IMG/VR virus record: IMGVR_UViG_3300016265_000403
Coordinates: 1-30,609 of that record
DNA length: 30,609 bases
DNA from: a virus
Taxonomy: Duplodnaviria > Caudoviricetes
Strand: one strand, 5' to 3'
The notes beneath the pieces were generated by a model. That model saw only the letters and a program-made list of their open reading frames with translations. It had not been told where the DNA came from and made no database searches. Each line of letters opens with the position of its first letter. The first letter of the stretch is position 1. Both the position numbers and the translations under genes were made by a program. Shown one piece after another: positions 1 through 8,069 of this stretch.

Positions 1-246
1 GAATGGGATTTTGATATGTTAGCAAATGAATGGGATGAATTAGAATTAGATGATTGGGGTCTAACAATAGTTAATAAATCAAATATTGATTTAGATTCAT
101 TTTTTGAAGACACAGAAACAAATAAAGCAGAAAAGGCTAAATTAATATTAGAATATACAACAGATGAAATAGAATTAATAAAAAATGAATTATTAAAATA
201 TGGAACAACATATGAAGATGCAGTTAAAAAACTTTTGAAATTATGA
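1..246 (+). CDS. C-terminal part of a probable ParB/Srx-like N-terminal-domain protein (5' truncated by window edge)
   Basis: Frame 1 is open from base 1: EWDFDMLANEWDELELDDWGL resembles the segment that follows the ParB-N domain in phage ParB-like proteins. The stop overlaps the next ATG (ATGA). The domain itself is outside the window. Confidence 0.5.
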   Translation, partial: EWDFDMLANEWDELELDDWGLTIVNKSNIDLDSFFEDTETNKAEKAKLILEYTTDEIELIKNELLKYGTTYEDAVKKLLKL

Positions 247-974
247 AAATATATTTGGCTGGGAGTGGATGGAATAGAACTTGTTGGGAAAATTTTAATT
301 TTTATGATTTCTATAGATTAGAAAGTTTTGTTTATATTAAAGGTGAAGAAAAAAATATTCATAAGTATAAATCGTTTTTGTTAGATAGTGGAGCATTTAC
401 TTTTATGAAAAAAAAGAAAGGAAACATAGATTGGGATGAATATATTGTTAGTTATGCAAATTTTATAAATACTTATAATGTAGAAAATTTTTTTGAATTA
501 GATATTGATAATATTGTTGGAATTAAAGAAGTAGAAAGATTAAGAAATAAATTAGAACAATTAACAAATAAACAAAGCATACCAGTATGGCATAAAAGTA
601 GAGGTCTTGATTATTGGAAAGAAATGGTTAAAACTTATAAATATGTTGCAATTGGTGGAATTGTAACAAAAGAAATAAAACCAGAACAATATGACATATT
701 TATTCATTTAATTAATATAGCAAATAAAAATAATTGCAAAGTTCACGGATTAGGATTTACAAATCTTAATGGATTAAAAAAATACAAATTTTATTCGGTA
801 GATAGCACCAGTTGGTTAAGCGGTAATAGATTTGGATGTGTTTATTATTTTGATGGACAAACAATAAAAAAACAATTAAAACAAAAAGGTCAAAGAGTTA
901 AAACAAAAGAAACGGCAATAAATAATTTTAATGAGTGGAACAAATTTGTAAAATACGCAGATAACAATTTATAA
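243..974 (+). CDS. dpdA: DpdA-like DNA-guanine transglycosylase (TGT fold)
   Basis: TGT-type motifs LLDSGAFT, ELD, IPVWH, YVAIGG, KVHGLG and YSVDSTSW; directly upstream of queC-queD-queE-folE. Confidence 0.75.
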   Translation: MKIYLAGSGWNRTCWENFNFYDFYRLESFVYIKGEEKNIHKYKSFLLDSGAFTFMKKKKGNIDWDEYIVSYANFINTYNVENFFELDIDNIVGIKEVERLRNKLEQLTNKQSIPVWHKSRGLDYWKEMVKTYKYVAIGGIVTKEIKPEQYDIFIHLINIANKNNCKVHGLGFTNLNGLKKYKFYSVDSTSWLSGNRFGCVYYFDGQTIKKQLKQKGQRVKTKETAINNFNEWNKFVKYADNNL

Positions 975-982
975 AATAACAA

Positions 983-1648
983 ATGAAAAAAGCAATAATA
1001 TTATTAAGTGGAGGGCAAGATTCAACAACTTGTCTTTATTGGAGCAAAAAACATTTTAAAGAAATATATGCAATTGGATTTGATTACGGACAAATGCACA
1101 TAAAAGAATTAGAACAAGCAAAAAAAATAGCACAAGACGCAAATGTAGAATATAAAATATTTAATGTTAAAAATTTATTAGCATCAAGCAGTTTAACAAA
1201 ACACACAAATCATAACGATAAAAGTTATATTAATACAGAATTACCAGCGTCTTTTACAAGTGGGAGAAACATATTGTTTCTATCTATTGCTGGAAGTTAT
1301 GCAAGTGAGTTAGGTATTAATGATATTGTTATGGGAGTATGTCAAACCGATTATTCTGGTTATCCAGATTGCAGAAGAACAAGTATTGATGCAATGCAAA
1401 ATGTGTTATCACTTGCTTATGGAAATGGCGATTTTAGAATACATACGCCATTAATGTATTTGACAAAAGCAGAAACTTGGAAAATAGCAAAAGAATTAGA
1501 TTGTTTAAATGTTATTATAAATGATACATTAACCGATTACAATGGGAATGATACAAAAAACGAATGGGGAATGGGAACAAATAATAATCCAGCAACAGAA
1601 TTAAGAATAAAAGGATATTACGAAGCAAAGAAAAACAATTGGATATGA
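983..1648 (+). CDS. queC: 7-cyano-7-deazaguanine synthase QueC, variant without Zn-binding cysteines
   Basis: PP-loop LSGGQDSTT, FDYGQ, GRNILFLS, YSGYPDCR, TPLMYLTKAE. The C-terminal Cys motif is replaced (see findings). Confidence 0.92.
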   Translation: MKKAIILLSGGQDSTTCLYWSKKHFKEIYAIGFDYGQMHIKELEQAKKIAQDANVEYKIFNVKNLLASSSLTKHTNHNDKSYINTELPASFTSGRNILFLSIAGSYASELGINDIVMGVCQTDYSGYPDCRRTSIDAMQNVLSLAYGNGDFRIHTPLMYLTKAETWKIAKELDCLNVIINDTLTDYNGNDTKNEWGMGTNNNPATELRIKGYYEAKKNNWI

Positions 1649-2049
1649 TAATTGAAAAAAAATATCATTTCTATGCCGCACATAGAAACAAACAAGCCGA
1701 TAAAAAATGTGGAAGAATACACGGACACACCTATGAAATAAAATGTTATTTTAAATATAACAATATAAACGAAGGAGGTATAACTTGTTTGTTTAGTGAC
1801 ATTGACAAATTAGTAGAACCAATAATAAAAGAACATTGTCATTATTTGTTGTTATATGAAAAAGACCCATTAGTAGAAATACTTAAATTAGCCAACGAAG
1901 AATTTAAAATTGTTACATTTGAAACATCAGCAGAAAATTTAAGCGTTTGGTTATTTACAAGAATAAAAAACGAAACACAATTGCCCATATTTAAAATAGA
2001 ATTAGCAGAAACAAAATCATCTAATGTTATTTATGAAACTAAAAATTAG
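1645..2049 (+). CDS. queD: 6-carboxy-5,6,7,8-tetrahydropterin synthase QueD
   Basis: FYAAHR...CGRIHGHTY, TSAENL and ET motifs of the T-fold PTPS/QueD family. ATG at 1645 overlaps the queC stop (ATGA). Confidence 0.88.
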   Translation: MIIEKKYHFYAAHRNKQADKKCGRIHGHTYEIKCYFKYNNINEGGITCLFSDIDKLVEPIIKEHCHYLLLYEKDPLVEILKLANEEFKIVTFETSAENLSVWLFTRIKNETQLPIFKIELAETKSSNVIYETKN

Positions 2050-2632
2050 CGAAATTTTTTATTCCCTACAAGGTGAGGGAGCAAGAATAGGAACACCAAC
2101 AATCTTTATAAGAACAAGCGGATGCAAAACAAAAAACGCTTGTTATCAAATGGGAATTAAGTGCGACACAGAATTTGAAAGCGGAAAAGAAATGTTATTA
2201 CAAGAAATAGTTGAATGGATTGATAACAATGCTCAAGGATGTAAACAAATTACTTGGACTGGTGGAGAACCATTAGACCAATTGACAAGTGAAATAACAA
2301 AATATTTTAAAGATTTAGGTTATTACCAAGCAATAGAAACATCTGGATTGCATCCAATAATAGATAACATTGATTTTGTTTGTGTATCTCCAAAGGTAGC
2401 AGAACACATAATAAAGAAAAACTTTACGCAAGTAAACGAATTAAGATATGTTAGGCATTCTGGACAACAAATACCAGAGCCATCAATAAAAGCAGAACAT
2501 TATTGGATTTCTCCTCATTCGGATGGATATACAATTAATACGCAAAATTTAAAACATTGCATAGAATTATGCTTACAAAATCCAAAATGGAAATTATCAG
2601 TACAGACACACAAATTATGGAACATATTATAA
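2033..2632 (+). CDS. queE: 7-carboxy-7-deazaguanine synthase QueE (radical SAM)
   Basis: [45 protein letters not shown]. The cluster-binding Cys are spaced CX5CX6C. Confidence 0.9.
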   Translation: MKLKISEIFYSLQGEGARIGTPTIFIRTSGCKTKNACYQMGIKCDTEFESGKEMLLQEIVEWIDNNAQGCKQITWTGGEPLDQLTSEITKYFKDLGYYQAIETSGLHPIIDNIDFVCVSPKVAEHIIKKNFTQVNELRYVRHSGQQIPEPSIKAEHYWISPHSDGYTINTQNLKHCIELCLQNPKWKLSVQTHKLWNIL

Positions 2633-3435
2633 CTTGGAAAGAAATATTGTTAAGAGCAAATAATCTTGACAAATCGTTAAAATACTATGGTGTTCCAAGA
2701 GGTGGGCAACCAATTGCGGCATTATTAAATCCAGTTGATACACCAGAAGAGGCTGACATAATAATTGACGATTTAATAGATAGTGGAAGTACAAGAGAAT
2801 ATTACATAACAAAATATAAGAAACCATTTATTGCATTGTTTGACAAACAAACAGAAAAAGAATTACAAAACAAATGGTTAATATTTCCTTGGGAATTAAA
2901 CGAACAAAGTCCAGAGGAAAACATTAAAAGAATATTACAATACATTGGCGAAGACCCAAATAGAGAGGGATTAAAAGATACACCAAAAAGATATTTAAAA
3001 TTCTTAAAAGAATTTTTGAATCCACCTCAATTTAATTTTACAACATTTGATGCAGAGGGAACAGACGAAATGATAATACAACGCAACATTCCCTTTTATT
3101 CATTGTGTGAACACCATATTGCACCATTCTTTGGAACTGCCGATGTAGCATATATTCCTAATGGAAAAATAGTAGGATTGTCAAAGTTAGCAAGATGCGT
3201 TGATTTGTATGCAAACAAATTACAAAACCAAGAAAGAATAACAACACAAATTGCAGAACGATTAATGCAAGAGTTAAATCCAAAAGGAGTAGCAGTAAGA
3301 TTAACGGCTCAACATTTGTGTATGTCAATGAGAGGATGCAAAAAACATAACACAGAAACAACCACAACCAAATTACTTGGATTGTTTATGACAGAACATA
3401 TGGCGAGAAACGAATTTTTGCAAATGGTTAAATAA
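2617..3435 (+). CDS. folE: Fusion of a type I phosphoribosyltransferase (Gpt-like) domain and GTP cyclohydrolase I
   Basis: N-terminal half has [17 protein letters not shown] (PRPP loop) and WLIFPWE. C-terminal half has [30 protein letters not shown] and HLCMSMRG. It is one open frame; ATG 2617 was chosen because it overlaps the queE end. Confidence 0.9.
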   Translation: MEHIITWKEILLRANNLDKSLKYYGVPRGGQPIAALLNPVDTPEEADIIIDDLIDSGSTREYYITKYKKPFIALFDKQTEKELQNKWLIFPWELNEQSPEENIKRILQYIGEDPNREGLKDTPKRYLKFLKEFLNPPQFNFTTFDAEGTDEMIIQRNIPFYSLCEHHIAPFFGTADVAYIPNGKIVGLSKLARCVDLYANKLQNQERITTQIAERLMQELNPKGVAVRLTAQHLCMSMRGCKKHNTETTTTKLLGLFMTEHMARNEFLQMVK

Positions 3436-3494
3436 CAAAACACAAAAAGCAAATAACAATATTTGTAGTTATACACCATAATAACACAAACAAA

Positions 3495-3896
3495 ATGCCC
3501 AGCAATAATCCCAATGTTATGAAGAACCTTGCTCCAAAATGGGAGAAAGGCAAAAGCGGTAATCCAAAAGGCAGACCACCAAAAATGGAAACAATATTAA
3601 AACAATACTTTTTGGATGAACACCAAATGAAATTGACAAAAGGACAAATGCAAGATGTTATCAAAAACCTATTGTCAAAAACAAGAGCAGAATTAGTTGA
3701 ACTTGCTAACAATGACCAGTTGCCTTTTTGGATTTCAATGATAGCACAAAAAGCCAACAGAGATTTTAAAAAAGGTTCTGTGCATTTGTTAGATGTGTTA
3801 TTTGACAGAGTTTACGGCAAACCAAAAGAAGAACAAGAAACAAATGTTATAGTAGAACAACCATTGTTTTCGCCATTAAATCCGAATGGAGAATAA
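3495..3896 (+). CDS. Probable terminase small subunit
   Basis: N-terminal WEKGKSGNPKGRPP motif (DUF5681-like) and DRVYGKP; overlaps the start of terL. Confidence 0.65.
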   Translation: MPSNNPNVMKNLAPKWEKGKSGNPKGRPPKMETILKQYFLDEHQMKLTKGQMQDVIKNLLSKTRAELVELANNDQLPFWISMIAQKANRDFKKGSVHLLDVLFDRVYGKPKEEQETNVIVEQPLFSPLNPNGE

Positions 3897-5076
3897 GTTT
3901 CGTTATACAACTGCAATTGACAAAATCCGAAGAATGACCGCCAGAAAGAAAGTCATTCAAGGAGGAACAAGTGCAAGTAAAACATTTGGAATATTAAGCG
4001 TATTGATTGAAAAAGCAACGCAGAATCCTAACACAGAAATATCTGTTGTTAGCGAATCCATACCACATTTACGGAGGGGTTGCATAAAAGATTTTATCAA
4101 AATAATGAAATCTACAAATCGTTTTGTAGAATCACGCTGGAACAAAACATTATTTACATACACATTCCATAACAATAGTTACATTGAATTTTTTTCGGTT
4201 GATACGGAGGGAAGATTACGAGGTGCAAGAAGAAATGTGTTATTTGTCAATGAGGCTAATAACATAACATTTGAAGCATACCAACAATTAGCCATCCGTA
4301 CATCCGATGAAATTTATTTGGACTACAATCCATCAAGAGAATTTTGGGTACATACGGAAGTGTTACCAGAACCAGATTCTGAATTGTTAATTGTAACATA
4401 TCTTGACAATGAAGCGTTACCACATAACACATTTCTTGAATTAGAAGAACGCAAGAAAAAGGCTAACACAAGTTCGTATTGGGCAAACTGGGTTCGTGTT
4501 TACATCTACGGACAAATCGGAATGCTCCAAGGAACAATATTTGATGACTTTGAAATGGTGGATTCAATTGATGTTACCAATTCAAAATTTGTAGCATTTG
4601 GCTTGGACTGGGGATTTGCACAAGACCCAACGGCATTGGTTGCTATTTATCGTAACAAAGATGAATTGTACTTACACGAATTGTTATATGATAAGAATTT
4701 GACAAACCAAGACATTGCATCCAAATTAAAATATTATAACATTAGTCGGTCTTTTGAAATTGTAGCCGATTCAGCAGAACCTAAATCAATTGAAGAAATA
4801 CGCAGATTGGGTTATAACATTGTACCAGCAAAAAAAGGTGCGGATTCAATAAGAAATGGAATTGACATTTTAAAAAGGTATAAATTGAAAGTAACAAAAG
4901 AAAGTGTCAATCTAATAAAAGAATTTCGGTCATACACTTGGGCAACGGATAGAGATGGTAACACAACTGGTGTGCCTATTGATTCATTTAACCATTGTTG
5001 TGACGCAATACGATATGTAGCATTAAACAAACTTGGTGTTACTAATTCTGGTAAATACACAATTTTAAACACTTAA
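3886..5076 (+). CDS. terL: Terminase large subunit (PBSX/SPP1-like)
   Basis: Walker A-like QGGTSASKT, Walker B LFVNEAN, coupling motif LDYNP, and nuclease motifs GLDWGFAQDP, ADSAEP and NHCCDAIRY. Confidence 0.93.
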   Translation: MENKFRYTTAIDKIRRMTARKKVIQGGTSASKTFGILSVLIEKATQNPNTEISVVSESIPHLRRGCIKDFIKIMKSTNRFVESRWNKTLFTYTFHNNSYIEFFSVDTEGRLRGARRNVLFVNEANNITFEAYQQLAIRTSDEIYLDYNPSREFWVHTEVLPEPDSELLIVTYLDNEALPHNTFLELEERKKKANTSSYWANWVRVYIYGQIGMLQGTIFDDFEMVDSIDVTNSKFVAFGLDWGFAQDPTALVAIYRNKDELYLHELLYDKNLTNQDIASKLKYYNISRSFEIVADSAEPKSIEEIRRLGYNIVPAKKGADSIRNGIDILKRYKLKVTKESVNLIKEFRSYTWATDRDGNTTGVPIDSFNHCCDAIRYVALNKLGVTNSGKYTILNT

Positions 5077-5082
5077 CACAAT

Positions 5083-5748
5083 ATGAAAATTATTCATTAT
5101 TACCACATCCTTTGCAACCCAAATACCAACATAACACATTTGCTTGTGTTACAACATATGAACGCAATCTGTAATTATGGGCTGGTTTCTGTGTTAGATG
5201 AAATTCGTATTGGTCTTGTTGGCTTACCAGAACAACGCAAGATTGTAAAAGAAATGTTGCAACAATCAATGGTAAAAGACAAGATAAAAATTGTAATAGA
5301 ACGGCAACGAGCAGACGAGCATATAACATTACAACATATGCACAACGCAAGTCAAGAAGAAGAATGTTATTATATCTATGGTCATACCAAAGGAGCATAC
5401 CATACGCATTTCTCAAATCTTGTTTGGGTTCGGTCAATGATATTCTATAACATTGTTGGATGGGGCAAAATGTTAGAAAAACTTGAAAACACCAAAATAG
5501 ATTGTGCTGGTTGTTTTTGGCTAACAAAAGAAGAATATCCAGAAATACTAAAATTTGACCCAGATGGAACACCATTTTTTGGTGGTAACTTTTATTGGGC
5601 AAAATCAAGTTATGTTAAAACATTGCCTATTGTTCCAAAGCAAGACAGATACAAAGCAGAACGATGGATTGGATTAAATGACCCAAAGATTTATTGCATT
5701 CAAGGAGGTCATCCAGAACATTTGCAAAACCACATTATAACATTTTAA
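5083..5748 (+). CDS. Hypothetical protein, possibly glycosyltransferase-related
   Basis: Motif string YIYGHTKG...W...M...W...FFGGNFYWAK...RYKAERWIG; first gene of a tight three-gene block with an acyltransferase and a GT-B enzyme. Confidence 0.4.
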   Translation: MKIIHYYHILCNPNTNITHLLVLQHMNAICNYGLVSVLDEIRIGLVGLPEQRKIVKEMLQQSMVKDKIKIVIERQRADEHITLQHMHNASQEEECYYIYGHTKGAYHTHFSNLVWVRSMIFYNIVGWGKMLEKLENTKIDCAGCFWLTKEEYPEILKFDPDGTPFFGGNFYWAKSSYVKTLPIVPKQDRYKAERWIGLNDPKIYCIQGGHPEHLQNHIITF

Positions 5749-5749
5749 A

Positions 5750-6370
5750 ATGAATAATAACACAATCCATCCAACGGCATTTGTAGACCGCAATGTAGTG
5801 TTAGGAAAAAACAATTACATTGGACCATATTGTTACATTACTGGTAATACAATTATTGGTAACAATAACCGATTTGAGGCACATTGTTCTATTGGAACAC
5901 AAGCCGAACACCGAGAATATATGGGCAATAATCCAGAAAAAATATCTAACAAAGTTTACATTGGGAACAATAACATTATCCGAGAATTTGTAACCATCAA
6001 TGCTGGTACAAAAAGTATGACCTCAATACGGCATAACAATACATTGTTGCGAGGCTCACATATTGGACACGATGTAACAATAGAAGACAATTGCAACATA
6101 TCTTGTAACGCTTTGATTGGAGGACATTGTTATATTATGTCTGGTGTTAATCTTGGGTTAGGTTGCATAATTCATCAATTTGTAAAGATTGGAGCGTATG
6201 CAATGATTGGAATGGGTGGTGTTGTAACAAAAAATAAAATGGTGTTTTGTGGAGAAATGTGGTACGGCAATCCAGCAAAATTCCAATCTTTAAACCAAAT
6301 AGGCATTTCAAGAAATAATATAACACAAGAACAATTATTGGAATTAAACCAACGATATATTAAATTATGA
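5750..6370 (+). CDS. LpxA-like hexapeptide-repeat (left-handed beta-helix) acyltransferase
   Basis: IHPTA start, repeated [IV]GxNNxI hexads, IREFVTINAGT, catalytic-type HIGHD, and GNPAK...LNQIGISR. Shorter than cellular LpxA. Confidence 0.85.
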   Translation: MNNNTIHPTAFVDRNVVLGKNNYIGPYCYITGNTIIGNNNRFEAHCSIGTQAEHREYMGNNPEKISNKVYIGNNNIIREFVTINAGTKSMTSIRHNNTLLRGSHIGHDVTIEDNCNISCNALIGGHCYIMSGVNLGLGCIIHQFVKIGAYAMIGMGGVVTKNKMVFCGEMWYGNPAKFQSLNQIGISRNNITQEQLLELNQRYIKL

Positions 6371-7260
6371 AAGTTTTAATTGGTTGTTTGTCATTTAAGA
6401 ATTTAACTGGTGCAGAATACTATTGTTATGAATTAGCAAAAGAATTGTTAGAACAAGGCAACGATGTAACATTAGTTGCTTATGAGGTAGGACAACCATT
6501 GTTATCCAAGGCTTGGGAGATAGGTTTAAAAGTTTACAAGATGCAAACATTGGTTGAAGCAATGCGGATACCAAATAGCACCATAACACCAGATGTAATC
6601 CATACGCAACATCAACCAGTAACGGAAACGCTTGTAAATCTATTTCCAGATGTTCCCAAAGTAACAACAATCCATTCCGAATTGTTGGACATTGAACAAC
6701 CAATATTACACGAAAGCATAAAACATTATATTGCTATAACACCAAATGTCAAAGAACATTTGTGTAACACAACATCAATCCCCAAAGACCAAATAACAAT
6801 TGTTGCAAATCCAATAGATGGAAAACGATTTAACACCGATAACACAAAAGACGATGGGTATATTTTGTTATGTGGGTCAATAAATTATTTGCGTATTCAA
6901 ATGTTAGAAAGTATTGCAAAAATAACAAAAAATCAAAAGCGGCAATTAATTGTTGTTGGTAATTTGTTTGAACAAAAAGCAATAGAAATATTAAAACAAA
7001 AACACATAACACAATTTAACGAAACAAACGATATAGAACGCTATGTTAAGAATTGTCATATGACTTGTGGATTGTATTATGGTAGAGCAATAATTGAAGG
7101 ATGGTTATGTGGTAAATCGGCATATGGGTATGATGTCGGATTAGATGGTGTTATACAAAATTGTAACATTTACCATCCACAAACAATACCAGACATTGAC
7201 AAATTTTTAACGCAAAATGTAACAAAACAAATTGTTGCTATTTATAATCAAATAAAATAA
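6367..7260 (+). CDS. Glycosyltransferase, GT-B fold (GT4-like)
   Basis: MKVLI...TGAEYYCYELAKELLEQGNDV, PDVIHTQH, TIHS, NPID, and C-terminal GRAIIEGWLCGK. Confidence 0.8.
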   Translation: MKVLIGCLSFKNLTGAEYYCYELAKELLEQGNDVTLVAYEVGQPLLSKAWEIGLKVYKMQTLVEAMRIPNSTITPDVIHTQHQPVTETLVNLFPDVPKVTTIHSELLDIEQPILHESIKHYIAITPNVKEHLCNTTSIPKDQITIVANPIDGKRFNTDNTKDDGYILLCGSINYLRIQMLESIAKITKNQKRQLIVVGNLFEQKAIEILKQKHITQFNETNDIERYVKNCHMTCGLYYGRAIIEGWLCGKSAYGYDVGLDGVIQNCNIYHPQTIPDIDKFLTQNVTKQIVAIYNQIK

Positions 7261-7266
7261 CACAAA

Positions 7267-7824
7267 ATGAAATTAACGCAATTGACCATAGAACAATTTC
7301 AGCAAGTTGCTAACATTGAGTTTACGCAAGAACTGGATATGTTAGACAAGAAGATTGGTGTTATATCCGTAGTGGACAAAAAATCATTGGATGAATTATA
7401 CAAAGAACAACCAATGTATATCCACAAACGATATACCGAAATCATAACACAATGGAACAGATTACCAGCAATAATCTTCAAGACAAGATTTAAGGCTGGT
7501 AACAAATGGTACAAGCCAATATTGTACACAGACCAATTAAACGCTGGTCAGTTAATTGACTTGATGTCTTATAACACAAGCAATGAACAAGAACTTGTAA
7601 AAAACTTGCATAACATAATGGCTACATTGTGTTGTGAATGCAAGTTCTACAAATGGTTTCCAGAAAAATATACATCTGCAACACATAAGCAACGAGCAGA
7701 ATATTTGTTACAGAATGCAAAGATTAAAGATGTTTGGGGAGTTGTCAGTTTTTTTTTGTTGAGTTCCGAAAGTTACTTGAAGGCTTTACAGACATATTCC
7801 AACAACAATTTGAAGAAGATGTAA
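7267..7824 (+). CDS. Putative tail assembly chaperone (gpG-like)
   Basis: Ends shortly after a T9 slippery run (VSFFL) that opens into an overlapping -1 frame ORF; lies ahead of the tail genes. Function is inferred. Confidence 0.5.
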   Translation: MKLTQLTIEQFQQVANIEFTQELDMLDKKIGVISVVDKKSLDELYKEQPMYIHKRYTEIITQWNRLPAIIFKTRFKAGNKWYKPILYTDQLNAGQLIDLMSYNTSNEQELVKNLHNIMATLCCECKFYKWFPEKYTSATHKQRAEYLLQNAKIKDVWGVVSFFLLSSESYLKALQTYSNNNLKKM

Positions 7825-8039
7825 CAGAAGATGAAACACAAGACAATGGGCAAGGCATTGATTTGTTATCACATTATGGATGGTTGTTAGTGGTGTACCA
7901 AATGGCTAACAAGGATATGTTACGCTTTAAAGATGTCTATGAATTGTCGGCATTAGAGTTTTTAAACTATGCCGTTATGTTAAATGACATCAAAAAGCAA
8001 GAAGAATGGGATTTAAGAAATTCCATTAATAACACATAA
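7734..8039 (+). CDS. -1 frame extension of the 7267 ORF (gpGT-like C-terminal part)
   Basis: Only a weak TTG start precedes the slippery run. The frame has an acidic linker followed by a folded-looking segment (HYGWLLVVYQMA...LEFLNY) and fills the gap to the 8070 gene. Confidence 0.6.
   Translation: MGSCQFFFVEFRKLLEGFTDIFQQQFEEDVTEDETQDNGQGIDLLSHYGWLLVVYQMANKDMLRFKDVYELSALEFLNYAVMLNDIKKQEEWDLRNSINNT
7749..7757 (+). other. Candidate programmed -1 ribosomal frameshift site (T TTT TTT)
   Basis: AGT TTT TTT TTG in the 7267 frame. A -1 slip reads ...SFFFVEFRKLLEG... through to TAA at 8039. Confidence 0.65.
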
Positions 8040-8069
8040 CACTAATTTGACAAAAGCGTATTTGACATT

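Noticed and set aside
408-416. A-run in the dpdA-like gene as a frameshift site
   Set aside because: It encodes a Lys run within an uninterrupted ORF, and no alternative-frame ORF follows.
2557-2616. Longer N-terminus for the PRTase-FolE ORF given by the ORF track
   Set aside because: It overlaps queE by 76 nt. ATG 2617 gives a normal short overlap and begins at the PRTase fold. The upstream starts listed at 18043, 24445, 24717, 30100 and 30260 were trimmed for similar reasons.
983-3435. Host-type queuosine tRNA-modification operon (auxiliary metabolic genes or host contamination)
   Set aside because: There is no queF, queA or canonical tgt. The genes are coupled to a DpdA-like gene, adjoin the terminase, and share the phage's motif avoidance, so DNA modification is the better reading.
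5750-6370. Calling the acyltransferase a true lpxA
   Set aside because: It lacks most of the C-terminal helical domain and any lipid A operon context. Substrate cannot be inferred, so no gene symbol was given.
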